Below the pieces are notes generated by a model that saw only the letters and a list, made by a program, of their open reading frames with translations, was not told where the DNA came from and ran no database searches. A program made the translations under genes and the position numbers. Shown piece after piece: positions 38,901 to 52,287 of a stretch of 64,000 bases of DNA (positions are counted from its first letter, which is position 1; each line of letters starts with the position of its first letter). Source of the stretch: Macrostomum lignano (taxonomy: Eukaryota); assembly GCA_002269645.1 (NCBI GenBank), contig NIVC01000773.1, forward strand, positions 1 through 64,000, read 5' to 3'.

Positions 38901-38993
38901 GAGACAGTGACCGAGACCAATCAGCAAGAGGCTCAGCTGCCGAGACGGTCGGCCAGAGAGCGAAGACCTCCTGATTTTTATCGCCCAATGTGA
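35926..38993 (+). pseudogene. pol: Gypsy pol (protease, RT, partial RNase H, integrase C-terminus), disrupted
   Basis: Protease LLDTGA; RT SPWASN, DAYPLP, YVDD. TGA at 37108-37110 where Leu is expected in D-L-K. RNase H core is missing (AFQTLKEQL joins directly to VWSLKHFRAYL). MITE insertion at 37828-38243. Integrase HHCC and DDE core absent; only the GDLVML..RWTRPY..VHHDRLKPF region remains. Confidence 0.92.
37828..38243. mobile_element. 416-bp non-autonomous DNA transposon (MITE), probably P superfamily
   Basis: 128-bp TIRs (37828-37955 and 38116-38243, one mismatch) starting CAAGG; perfect 8-bp TSD AGTTCAAT (37820-37827 and 38244-38251). Confidence 0.92.
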
Positions 38994-41418
38994 ATGCTTG
39001 ATTTTCTGTGAACTTTTGCCATAGACATTGTGTTGCGTCTTTTAAACCCGGGGGAAGTGGTGTGAGCATTTTATGCACCTAAATATTCTAATGTTGTTCG
39101 TAGTCCTATTTGTACGTGCTTGCGTATGGGGGGTAGTTGTTTGCAACGTGCGGCTGCGCCCGTGTTTGTGCAACACCCAAACCCCACCTCAATCTTCGGC
39201 TTATAAAATATATCGATTGTCAGGCCTGAGCGCCAAGTCGGTTTTTCTCGCAATCTCAAACCTCGCTCTTTTTACAAGATACATGTACTGTGGTGTGTAA
39301 GGTGTGTAAGCAGTTTCAGTCGAATTAGGCGCCGCGCTTGAGCCCAAATAATAATTAAAGCTCTGAGACTGACGAAATTCTCCCTTTTGCAGCCTTGAGG
39401 TTTTCATTGGTAAGTCGATCTTCGAATTTTTCTCCAGCTATTCTGGCTGGCCGTGCCGATCGAGTATTTTTAAACAGTACGTCATGTAGCCATGGAATTC
39501 ACGGACTATATACGAGCTACTTACATGTAGTAGCTAGACCAGACGAAGGTGGTAAATAATACGAACCCATGGTTAAACTATGGTTTGCTAGACTTTTAGC
39601 TATGTCTTAGGAATAGTCCTCAGCTCAATAACTCAAGATCTTTAGTCCTGCATGCATGAACCCAACGGTCCCCACCGTCCCTTTTGACCAGCCCCATATG
39701 AAGCCATGCAGCATTTTGGGATCAATTTTATGACATTAACTGCATGGTTAGCGATCGGAGTCAGTTTGATACAAAGTTTTGGAGGGTTTTTGTCTATATT
39801 GGGCGTGCTCCAGAAGATACTTGTTTAATTTCGTGTCAATTTGTCGCATGTTAAATGAAGCAGAGCCGGATTTAATTGCACTTGCATTTAATTGCCATAT
39901 TGTATTCCAAATTACATGTAGATGTATAAAAGTGGGATCTGACAGCGAAACAACGGATCTAAATCGACCCACTTCAAATTTTATTCAAAGGTTTTTTCTA
40001 GGTAGATAAGTAGGTAAGTATGTGTGTGATCGATTTTTTTAGAAAATCGATATTCATGAAACTTTTTAGACTACAAAATATAATTTGACATTCTATAACC
40101 GCGCACGCTCGCATGAAATCAAACCCTAGATATCATACTTTAGCGGTGTGAAAGACGTGTTAATGCCTGAGCTAACTTTTTGGCTACACACGTAACAGTA
40201 CTAACAGTAGTATTTGTTACCTGCCTAACATTTTTATCGGTCCTGTCCGTTATTTTTAGGCCCAGTAAAACAAAAACTATGCATAAGATGCTTGCTTGTA
40301 AAAAACAAAACAGAAAATATAGCTAAAAGCCTTTTTAATTACCTTTAAAATTGATTTACTTAAATTATGTAAATCAATAAACTATATTTTCTGTTTTCAT
40401 AAGTGTTTCAAGCAAATTTCGAAGCTTACTATTCAAAGAATTATCCAAGATATATAATATATCCAAGCTTTCGACATATTGATTGGATTCTATAATATAT
40501 ATTCTAGATTGATATATTATATATAATCTGCTCATATTTTCTATAGCTAATCTTAATTTACTCCTAAATCCTTACATTATTGATCATTAATGTGCATAAA
40601 TTCATTATAGGCCTAGGCCTATACTCACATAAAACTCATTATCAATGTTCGCTACATTTTTTGTATTGAAGATAATTATTATTTTGATAACTCTTAAAAA
40701 TATTTTATGCCTTGTAGTTACAATAGAAAATAGAATACTAAAAACAAAATTGGTTAGCATTTGTTTTTATATACTATTGCTTTTTTCATAGCTTCAGTGA
40801 GATCACAGCTAAGTTAAATTATTAAGCAAATAATTTAAAATTCAATATCAATGCAACTTGCTTATTTTTTTATGCATTTTGCTTATTAAAAGCCATTGTA
40901 AAGATATATTATAATATATTTTGCATATGCATTGGAATATATAAGAGATAAAAGTCACTATATAATAAGATCCAAATTGAGTATAAATATAATAATAGAT
41001 ATAAGTTAAAAGTTTTTAGCATAGCAAAAGGCATAGCATAAGTAATGACCATCCACACTCTAGATCATGTAGTATATGCCTGAAAATTTGGGCATGCATT
41101 GGCCTTGCACACCAAAATTAGGCATGCACAGTCAGCGTGCATCACTCCTGAGAAAATAGTATGCGTGTTATAATATAGAATAGCACTTTATAGAATCACG
41201 TGTAAGAGTTATTGTAAAGTAGAAAAAAGATGAAAAAAAGTTCATTTTTAAGCACAAATTTCAAGCTTTCCAGTTTTTTAAAGCTTATATAGAACATTTA
41301 AACAAATCTTTACATATATCAATTTTCTGCTATAAATAGTATTGCCAAAAAAGCATGCATAAAAAGCAACCAAATTATCTGGTAATAAGGGTCAATTACG
41401 AAATTTAAAAAAGGTCTT

Positions 41419-42308
41419 AGCAATAGTGCAGTTTCGTTCCCAAAATTATTTTTTGTTTAAATTTGAAAGTTCGAAACCAGAAAACAATAACAACAATGGG
41501 CCTTTTCATATTACCAATTCCAGAACCAGAATCGGTTCGGAATTCCAAGAAAAACAGCAGTAAAACTATTAAACTCTGTTAATATTTGACTGCCTTAACA
41601 GCCTCACTTTGCACGATTTTTCACTTTCTTCTTGGCGATTGTCATTCAATAATAAAAACTTTATAGCACGTATCTCCCTCTAGTTATGGAGACAAAAAGT
41701 TATACTTCACAAATTGGTTCTGGTTCTGGAACCAGAACAAGCAATATGAAAAGGCCCAATGTTTCAAACCATTCTAGCGACTGTGCCAAAGCTCACTGGT
41801 CACGGAACTTTAAAGCAAATGGGTGCTCTGTTAATATACTTTTTTTCATTAAATCTGTGCCACACTCAAATGCTACTTGAAATGTAAGTTGTCTATAGAA
41901 AAAATAGTTTAAAAAATCAAAAGGGGCTCAAGTGGGGGGGGCTTGAACTGTTTCCCTTTAGCTAAGAAGCTACTAATATCTGCTTTTTCTTTTGGACAAC
42001 ATATTGTATCATGGCTGGATGACCACCAAGACCTCGTGGATAATTCTACCAAATGAAGTGCTGCCAGCAAATGCTCTACCCCAACTAGAGCTAAATGCGC
42101 GCGACCTGATGGCTGCCATGGCAACGCCGGAGGATACAATGCGCTGGATTGCCAAAGTTGGGCTTATCAGCAACCAGGGAGGTAAAAACTATGCCACAAT
42201 TGTTAGAATGGTTTAAAACATCAATTTTTATCCTTGTTATTGTTTTCTGGTTTTGAACTTTCAAATTTAAACAAAAAATAATTTTGCAAATGAAATTGCA
42301 CTATTGCC
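41419..42308. mobile_element. Putative long-TIR DNA element enclosing a coding-like fragment
   Basis: The left arm (41419 to ~41795, interrupted by a MITE) aligns in reverse complement with ~42190-42308. Flanks aaaaggtctt and aaaaggtaat match at 8 of 10 positions, a possible decayed TSD. Confidence 0.55.
41498..41757. mobile_element. 260-bp MITE, PIF/Harbinger-like
   Basis: 15-bp perfect TIR GGGCCTTTTCATATT, subterminal ccagaaccagaa motifs, 3-bp TSD AAT (41495-41497 and 41758-41760). Confidence 0.8.
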
Positions 42309-44284
42309 AAAAGGTAATTTATTGTTGCAACACTGGCATATTTTTGAGAATGGGCTGCACTATATTTTTTTGGTGTGCATTTGTAATTATTCAATTTTTG
42401 TTTGGGCGTGCACCCAGCATGATCTGGACTATAGATGACCATGGATTACTAAGAATACCTTTATAGCATCTGGCCTATACCAGTATGATTGAAATGGATA
42501 TTAAACTTAGTTTTTAGTTTATATTATCTATTGGCTTAACTATCATAAGTATAAAGCTAGTTTTGCAATGATTAATGATTCTAAATATTAGCCATAATAC
42601 AGAAGGTGGCCTTTATGCCAGAATTTTCTGGCATATTTTTGCTCTTACTGACTATCAACTAAATACTGGCACTCCAATCTTATGGCTCCAACTAAATTAT
42701 CATTAAAAATTAAGCCGTCGTCCAATATACTCACCTTGCTTAGGTCTTTACCCTCTAAAAATCAGTCTATCCCCCTTAATAAATTTCTAGTTGCACTATT
42801 GATCCATAGAAAAAATTTATATAAAAGCCTATAGCTCAAGATTCAAAGATGACCAACATATTAAAACCTTATAACTGTAACATCATTTTGTATCAAACTC
42901 AGTATATGTGTATCAAACAATTTGCCTTTGAAATAGTTGTCTTATTATATTCTCATGGCTATAGCCTGCAGTTGTGAAATAGGTAGTAATATTAAAGTTT
43001 TTAATTAATAAAGCTAATTGGTTAGGTCTATGAAGTTTGCTAATAGGAAATAATTTTGTTAGTCTAATCTTCTAATAGGAAGTTTGCTGGTAGAATTTTT
43101 TTCTAATAATTTTACTTGCAGGCTTGTATATATACAGGTGTATTCTTTATGATATTCTACTAAATAAGAAAACAATTTCTTATAATTGATTTTGATAATT
43201 GCTAATAGGGTTTCTTTAATTATGCCAAAGGTACATTTTAGTATATCATTGGATGCATTTTGGTGTACTGTATTTATAGATATGGTTGATTTTCTATCAA
43301 CAACTATATAGCAAATTCCTGCTAGCAAATCTTGTATTCTTAATTGGCTAACTAGCTTATTTATATTAGAAATTGATTATATAAGATACTAGGCATAATA
43401 ATTATCTAGTTTCAATAATTAGTGGTAACAAAACTAGCTTGTACTAGCAATCTAGTGCAGCCCCCCTTCAGGGCACCCAATAAGAAAGGAGCAAAAATAG
43501 TTCATGGAAAACAATAAAACTACTATTATTATTATAGCAGCATTACTTTTTTAATCAACTATAAAAACATTTTACTTTAGTAAGTAATTATTATAAATCT
43601 TATTATTAAAATACTGCCTTAGAAAATGTATCATCCAGGATCCATATATATGGTTATCTTTTATTTTTTAACACTTAAGATTATATTTGCACTAATGCCC
43701 TAATTAATGATATTTCATAGAACAGATTTTTAGTATATGGAAAATTGAATGCTAAAATAATGTTGCAGAAATATCCTGCTTATTGCTCAAGTCTAATTTT
43801 AATTAGTGTGCAATTGTTAGCATGGTTGCTATAGAAACTTAGACAGTGTCATAATTATCTGACTCAATTCTATTCAAGTTTAGTCACTGTCCCAGTTCCA
43901 GCAATCATGGCCACATACAGACCTTTCATGACCTTTTGTTGAGCTGCTATACAATTTGAAATGCAATTTCCTCCTGTTGCATTGTTCACCTCGTGATGAA
44001 GTGCTGTGGTGTTGAGGATAAGAAACACAGGGCCAGGGACTGATCTACTACTACCATCTGATAGTATGAATGAACTTGGCTTCATTATATCAGGATTAGT
44101 AATGGGATTTGAATGGGCTGTGCTATGCACCCCTCAAGCTGTTTTGGTGTATAATTGATGGCTCAGCTTCTTAATTTGGCTTTAAATTATCAGTTTACCA
44201 ATCGCGCGTCTGTTTGTGCTTGTGTCTGTCCACCCAAGCCTGTCTTTATCTTTGTCTGTCTTCGTCCCTGCTTCTTTGTCCGTC

Positions 44285-44672
<388 letters not shown>

Positions 44673-45351
44673 GGTGTGCATGTTATTCTCACCATCCGCT
44701 TGTCTTTTCCTCGCCATTTCCTCGCTTGTTCTATTCTGGCTTCAAGTTACTCCTCTTTTACCTTGGCAACATCCTGATGCATTCCTATTAGTCTTTTTGT
44801 ACTTTAACTCATCTTCAGGCTTCGCCATCGGGCTCTATTTCTGCTTCCCAAATCCTCAAATTCCCTGTCTTCATATTTAATGATGCTTTCGGTTAAGCGC
44901 ACGTTTTTGTTTAGTGGAGAGGAGCGGCTCTCTGCTGGTCTGTGCGCTCCGTCTGCCTACCGCTCTCTCACCCTCTACGTCTCGCCCAGTCTTCCCCTAT
45001 TTTTCCTGCTAAGCCGGCCACTTCTGCGCGGGCCTCGCTGCTCTCTGCTCTGAGCTGGTTGGTCTGGTTTTCTGTTTATCGTGCGCCCCCGCTGGCCTGT
45101 TTGCTCAGCTTGGTTGAGCACCCTATATGAGAAACTCACTGATTCGGCGCTTGTTCTCTCTATAGCGTCCCCAGCAACCCAGCCTGTGTATGCATAAAAA
45201 GCCTATTTTTAAAGCCCCTCTGATAAACGTAATATCTAATCTAATTTATTTGCAGACAGTCAGTGAAAAGTCCACCTTGAATTGAAATTCGAACCCTTAA
45301 CGCGACGCGCCTCGGGAGAAATCGATTTTACAGTGCTGGGCCTCGGACTGA

Positions 45352-48300
45352 ATGTCCATCCATGACTGCCAAACCCTGCTGGCTATTAAGATGCGGGTGA
45401 GTGCTCTCCGTCCATCTATCTGTCTGTCTGTCTATCTATCTGTCTCTGTCTGTCTATCTAATCTAATTTTACACAGTGAAATCTCATTCTGTTCTAAAGA
45501 AATCCTACAGAATCTCATTATATTCTCACAGAATCTCACTATATTCTCACAGAATCTCACTATATTCTCACAGAATCTTACTATATTCTCACAGAATCTC
45601 ACTATATTCTCACATAATCTTACTATATTCTCACAGAATCTCACTATATTCTCACATAATCTCACTATATTCTCACAGAATCTCACTATATTCTCACAAT
45701 CTCACTATATTCTAATAGAATCTCACTATATTCTCACAGAATCTCACTATATGATCACAGAATCTCGCTATATTCTCACAGAATCTCACTCTATTCTCAC
45801 AATCTCACAATATTCTCACAGAATCTCACTATATTCTCACAGAATCTCACTATATTCTTACAGAATCTCACTATATTCTCACAGAATCTCACAGAATCTC
45901 ACTATATTCTAACAGAATCTCACTATATTCTCACAGAATCTCACTATATTCTCACAGAATCTCACTATACTCAGTGAAATCTCACACTCGCTTTCAGGGC
46001 ACAGTCCGCTGGTCCCCGCTGCAGTCGTCCACCATGCCGCAGCCGCAGCAGCGGCCGCCAAAGCAGCAGCAGCAGCGGTCCCTCCCGATCTCGGAGCAGC
46101 ACCAGCGGCCTTCAGGCCGTTGGAAACAGGCCTGCGTCCTTCACAACGGCTGGCTGTACGTGCACGGCGGCCGGTGCGGCCGGCAGCCGCTGAAGGATCT
46201 GTGGCGCTGGCGAGAGTCGGCCGGCTGGCGCCGGGTACACCTCAGCGGAGCGACGCCGCCGCCGTTGGAAGGCCACACGATGGTGGCCAGCCGAGGCCAC
46301 CTGTACATCTTCGGCGGCACCTACGGCGGCTACCCGGACTGCCCACTGTGGATCGTCAGCCCCAGTTCGGTCTGAGCAGGCAGTGGGAGGCCAGCAGCCG
46401 CGACCTGGTGCAGATCGGCAGCCGGCGCTGCCACTCCGCCGTGCTGCACCGCGGCGCCATGTGCGTCTTCGGCGGCATCGCCGACACCAGAGGCTCCTGC
46501 AGCGAGCTGTGGCTGCTGGACCTGGCCACCGAGAGCTGGCACCTGGCCTGGTCACCGGTCACCCACCGGGGTCCCGGCCCGGCCGCCAGGTATGGTCACT
46601 CCGCCTGCGCCTACGATGGCGGAATGTACATCTACGGCGGCCTGGCGGGGCTGAGCCACTGCCCGGCCGAGCTGTGGCGCTGGTCGTTCCGCATCGGCCA
46701 GTGGAGCCGCCTGCGCTGCGCCTCAGCTGGCCGCGCCACCTCGCCGCCTCCGCTGGCGTTCCACGCGGCTACCGTCGTGCTCGGAGGCCGGATGCTCGTG
46801 TTTGGCGGCGAGCAGCGCGACGGCGCTTCCCCGGCCTCGCTGTGGTGCTACCACTTCGCCGGCGAGGCCTGGTCGGCAGTGCCCAGCCAAGGACCGCTAA
46901 GGCCATCCGGCACGGTGCACCACTCGCTGCTGACTGCCGACTGCGGCCCTGACGGACCGCTGGCAGATGATGAGCAGGACTTGGCAGAGCGGCTCTGGCG
47001 GCGCAAGCGGCGTTTGCAGCGTCGAAGGCGACAGCATCGCCGGTTGCAGCTGCGTCAGCTGGGAGAGTCGGCCAGCACCACCACCACGGAGTTGGTGCTG
47101 TCGGCGTCTCCGGCCGAGCGGCAGGCGGAGGCGGTGACAGCGCCTGAGCAACCGCAGCAGCAGCAGCAGCCTTTGTCCAGGGCCACTACCGCTATGAGGT
47201 GCGATTTTAAAGCTCTCATTTCAATCGTTTTTTGGGTTGCAGCTCATCCGGTGTCCTACATATCTTAACTGAATTTCATCTGACGCTCACCTGAGTCTCA
47301 TCTGACTCTCGCATATTTCTCACCTGAGTCTAGCATAATTCTCACCTGAGTCTCGCATAATTCTCACCTGAGTCTCGCATAATTCTCACCTGGGTCTAGC
47401 ATAATTCTCACCTGAGTCTAACAGTATTCTCACCTGAGTCTCACCTGAGTCTCGCATAGTTCTCACCTGAGTCTCACCTGAGTCTCGCATAGTTCTCACC
47501 TGAGTCTCGCATAATTCTCACCTGAGTCTCGCATAATTCTCACCTGAGTCTGGCATAGTTCTCACCTGAGTTTCACAGAATTCTCACTTGAGTCTCGCAT
47601 GAGTCTCACCTGAGTCTCGCATAATTCTCACCTGAGTCTTGCATAATTCTCACCTGAGTCTCGCCTGAGTCTCACCTAAGTCTCGCCTTAGTCTCTCATA
47701 ATTCTCACTTGAGTCTAACCTGAGTCTCGCCTTATTCTCGCATAATTCTCACCTGAGTCTTACCTGATTCTCACAGTCACAGAATTCTCACTTGAGTCTC
47801 GCATGAGTCTTACCTGAGTCTCGCGTAATTCTCATTTGACTCTAACCACATACCTAGTCCCTATCGCATTATCGTCTTACCAGTGCTTCCCCCATTCCCA
47901 ATGCTTGTCACCCCTATGCCCCAGCCGTCTCACTTTGTTTGCTCCAAGTCAGCCAGAGAGGAAACTCTGTTTGAGCAGGCCAGCAATGGCCGTGCCTCGA
48001 TTATTTTCTTGCCAAATGTCCCAGACTCAAATCCAGTTCCTCATCCTCCTCGTATGGGCGGAGAGGAGATGCAAGAAGGGTAAAAGATTACCGGGGAATA
48101 GGAAGCGATAAGACGGGACGGGAATTATTCGAAGGCATTCGAGTGTGCAACTCATGGACTACTAGTTGAAACATCTGGATTGGAAAGCCTAAAACTAGTA
48201 TGATGCTTAGGACAATAAAAATAGATTTAAATTAAAAAAAATTGAGAGACAAAGTGATTTATTTTCGATAGTCAGTTTGTTTCCAATCCAGATGCTTATA

Positions 48301-50271
48301 TTTATAGATTTTTTGAGTCAAAAGTCACTGATTCACCCTAGTTAGCTTGATGTCATGGACTCCTTAGATTAAAAATATGGCCAATAAATATTACTCTGTA
48401 CAACAACTGAAGTAAATTCAGCTTTTATTAGTTTAATTGTCTTTCATAAGCCTCATATGATGCAGTCCAGATTCTCTCATTCATTTAGAAATCCACGGAG
48501 CATGGGAGGATGGTTTAGGATTTTTGGAGTAGAAAAGTATAGATAAGGGAAGGGAATTATGGGCCCCCGCTCGTTCGCAGCAGTGTAGAGCTAATCCGCT
48601 ATGGGTTGCCATGGAAACGGGTGCAAATAAAGCCCAGTCTAGGGCAGTAGAGGGCGTGCACAGGCAGTCTCTCTCTCTCTCTCTCTCTCTCTCTTTGTTT
48701 TCCCTCGGAGCAATCTGACTTCTTCTCTTCCTTCTTCTTCTCTGATTCTGAATGTCATCGGGGAGATTTTGCACTGCGCTCTGTGTAGGCCAATATTGAT
48801 AATTAGATTGGTTATATATTTGCTAGCATGCAGATGCATGACTGACTGCCTGTCACAGCTGGAAGTTGCTCCCATAGGGATGTGATTAACTTGATGGTTC
48901 CATTTGCTGTGCCAGCAGCGTGCTTTCAACCACGTATTAGCATTGTCTTGGAATTTTGCACACCATCGCTTGCTGGGGTATTTATTAAAAGAAAATGGAT
49001 TGCTAACCTATCCAACATAAATTATATAGAATGGATTGCTAATCTATCCAACATGAATTATATAGAATGGATTGCTAATCTATCCAACATGAATTATATA
49101 GAATGGATTGCTAATCTATCCAACATGAATTAAATAGAATGGATTGCTAATCTATCCAATATGAATTAAATAGAATAATTTTCTAATCTATCCAATATGA
49201 ATTAAATAGAATAGATTGCTAATCTATCCAACATGAACTGAATAGAATGGATTGCTAACCTATCCAACATGAATTAATGGAAAGGATTGCTAATCTATCC
49301 AACATAAACTGAATAGAATGGATTGCTAATCTATCCAAAATGAACTTTATAAGATGGATTGCTAATCTATCCAAAATGAACTTTATAAGATGGATTGCTA
49401 ATCTATCCAACATAAACTTTATAAGATGGATTTCTAATCTATCCAGCATGAATTTAATGGAAAGGGTTGCTAATCTATCCAATATGAACATTTTTTTGAT
49501 GGATTGCTAATCTATCCAACATAAATTAATGTTGCTAATCTACCTAAAACACAAAAATGCCTTAAAGTACATTCTGTCCTAATCCCAAACATCGCCAGCT
49601 ATCGCAGCGCGGCCAGCGCCAAGGACTCTGGCTATTCCAGCTGCCTGCTCGACACCCTCGACGACGAAGAAGGCGACGCCGCGGCCGTTTTAGTCGACGG
49701 TGACGAGGAGTGTCGCGGCTGCAGCAGCGGCGAAGCCGTCGAGTTGCCACCGCCGTCGCCGCCGCTGACCCTGGAGGACCTCGAAAGCGTGCCGGACTTG
49801 TTCAGCCTGTCCTCGGCCGCCCTGCTCGCCCAGCGACAGTCCGCATCGTCAACTCCTTCAACACCCGAGGCGTCGCGAGCTGCTTCAATGTCTCCGAATC
49901 GGTCGTTTCGTCCAGTCGCCGGCGGCGGCGGCGTGGCTGACTGGGCCTTCACCAACCAGTCCATGTCGATATCGTCGTTCGGCTCTGCCGGCGCCCTGAC
50001 CTCTGGTAGCCGGAGAAATTGCGACAATGTCGATTTCGACGACGCAATTGACGATGATGAGGACAGCGAGGACTTGGACGCGTCGGAGAGCGACGGCGCG
50101 GCCTGGTCGGACGACAGCTCGTCGGTCGCTTCTTCGTCGATGATGTCACACGAGCTCCGGTCTAGAATGTCGGACTCAACAACCGTGTACAGCCTGGGTG
50201 CGCCTGAGAACGGCATCGCCAGCCACTGCCTGCTGGTGTGGCGCGGCTGCGTCACCTACTCGGCTCAGTAG
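45352..50271 (+). CDS. Kelch-repeat beta-propeller protein (KLHDC/LZTR1-N-terminal-like) with a low-complexity C-terminus. Exons: 45352-45396, 45998-47198, 49599-50271. Apparent 1-nt frameshift near 46360
   Basis: Kelch repeats with the GG pair and downstream W: WLYVHGG..LWRW, HLYIFGG..LW, MCVFGG..LWLL, MYIYGG..LWRW, MLVFGG..LWCY. Junction phases are consistent (0, then 2). Repeats 1-2 and repeats 3-5 lie in different frames. Confidence 0.8.
45490..45975. repeat. 21-bp minisatellite filling kelch intron 1
   Basis: Unit tcacagaatctcactatattc. Confidence 0.95.
47285..47830. repeat. ~22-bp degenerate minisatellite
   Basis: Unit ttctcacctgagtctcgcataa. Confidence 0.92.
48605..48618. promoter_or_regulatory. 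Candidate RFX X-box
   Basis: GTTGCCATGGAAAC is a full match to the consensus GTYNCYATRGNAAC and lies in a GC-richer patch of kelch intron 2. Confidence 0.45.
48995..49535 (-). repeat. Diverged ~36-bp relative of family X
   Basis: Unit gaatggattgctaatctatccaacatgaatt..ata shares the gaatggattgctaatcta core. Confidence 0.9.
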
Positions 50272-50414
50272 TAGTATGAGTAGAGTGATTCGCTATTTTT
50301 TGTGTAATGTACGGAGAAATTCTTATAAATCAGAATAAAAGAAGCGCTGGTCTAGTCAACCTTATGCACAAACATATATGCCATGAATTTCTGATCTACC
50401 GGGCATCAGGAAGA

Positions 50415-52287
50415 AAGGAATAGAATGGATTGCTAATCTAGCCAGCATCACTGATGAAGGAATAGAATAAATTGCTAATCTAGCCAGCATCACTGATGAA
50501 GGAATAGAATAAATTGCTAATCTAGCCAGCATCACTGATGAAGGAATAGAATAAATTGCTAATTTAGCCAGCATCACTGATGAAGGAATAGAATGGATTG
50601 CTAATCTAGCCAGCATCACTGATGAAGGAGTAGAATGGATTGCTAATCTAGCCAGCATCACTGATGAAGGAATAGAATGGATTGCTAATCTAGCCAGCAT
50701 CACTGATGAAGGAATAGAATGGATTGCTAATCTAGCCAACATCACTGATGAAGGAATAGAATGGATTGCTAATCTAGCCAACATCACTGATAAAGGAATA
50801 GAATGGATTGCTAATCTAGCCAGCATAACTGATGAAGGAATAGAATGGATTGCTAATCTAGCCAACATCACTGATAAAGGAATAGAATGGATTGCTAATC
50901 TAGCCAGCATAACTGATGAAGGAATAGAATGGATTGCTAATCTAGCCAACATCACTGATGAAGGAATAGAATGGATTGCTAATCTAGCCAGCATCACTGA
51001 TGAAGGAATAGAATGGATTGCTAATCTAGCCAACATCACTGATGAAGGAATAGAATATATTGCTAATCTAGCCAACATCACTGATGAAGGAATAGAATGG
51101 ATTGCTAATCTAGCCAGCATCACTGATGAAGGAATAGAATGGATTGCTAATCTAGCCAACATCACTGATGAAGGAATAGAATGTATTGCTAATCTAGCCA
51201 GCATCACTGATGAAGGAATAGAATGTATTGCTAATCTAGCCAGCATCACTGATAAAGGAATAGAATGGATTGCTAACCTAGCCAACATCACTGATGGAGG
51301 AATAGAATGGATTGCTAACCTAGCCAACATCACTGATGAAGGAATAGAATGGATTGCTAATCTAGCCAGCATCACTGATGAAGGAATAGAATGGATTGCT
51401 AATCTAGCCAACATCACTGATGAAGGAATAGAATGTATTGCTAATCTAGCCAGCATCACTGATGAAGGAATAGAATGTATTGCTAATCTAGCCAGCATCA
51501 CTGATAAAGGAATAGAATGGATTGCTAATCTAGCCAATATCACTGATGAAGGAATAGAATGGATTGCTAATCTAGCCAACATCACTGATGAAGGAATAGA
51601 ATGGATTGCTAATCTAGCCAGCATCACTGATGAAGGAATAGAATGGATTGCTAATCTAGCCAGCATCACTGATGAAGGAATAGAATGGATTGCTAACCTA
51701 GCCAACATCACTGATGGAGGAATAGAATGGATTGCTAATCTAGCCAACATCACTGATGAAGGAATAGAATGGATTGCTAATCTAGCCAGCATCACTGATG
51801 GAGGAATAGAATGGATTGCTAACCTAGCCAACATCACTGATGAAGGAATAGAATGTATTGCTAATCTAGCCAGCATCACTGATAAAGGAATAGAATGGAT
51901 TGCTAACCTAGCCAACATCACTGATGGAGGAATAGAATGGATTGCTAATCTAGCCAACATCACTGATGAAGGAATAGAATGGATTGCTAATCTAGCCAAC
52001 ATCACTGATGAAGGAATAGAATGGATTGCTAATCTAGCCAACATCACTGATGAAGGAATAGAATGGATTGCTAATCTAGCCAACATCACTGATGAAGGAA
52101 TAGAATGGATTGCTAATCCAGCCAGCATCACTGATGAAGGAATAGAATGGATTGCTAATCTAGCCAGCATAACTGATGAAGGAATAGAATGGATTGCTAA
52201 TCTAGCCAACATCACTGATGAAGGAAAAGAATGGATTGCTAATCTAGCCAACATCACTGATGAAGGAATAGAATGGATTGCTAATCT
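50415..52287 (-). repeat. 42-bp minisatellite, family X, ~45 copies, opposite orientation
   Basis: Unit gaatggattgctaatctagccaRcatcactgatgaaggaata; accounts for the 631-aa repetitive ORF. Confidence 0.97.

Larger units (their letters stand above)
34877..39276 (+). mobile_element. Defective Ty3/Gypsy LTR retrotransposon
   Basis: LTRs at 34877-35089 and 39061-39276 (TG..CA; 3 substitutions and a 3-bp indel); 4-bp TSD AGAT (34873-34876 and 39277-39280); PBS TGGTGGCAGCGATGG at 35091; purine-rich tract before 39061; gag and pol homology. Confidence 0.97.

Noticed and set aside
47884-48085. Extra kelch-gene exon after a cttaccAG acceptor
   Set aside because: In the required phase it reaches a stop after ~30 codons, while 47198 joins 49599 cleanly. 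It could only be an alternative terminal exon, for which I see no support.
50362-52257. 631-aa ORF (MLARLAIHSIPSSV repeats) and similar ORFs at 20892, 17674-18297, 15629-16033, 44155, 53650, 52594, 59779-60690 and 62224
   Set aside because: They are translations of stop-free tandem repeat units, open in several frames or strands and without coding context.
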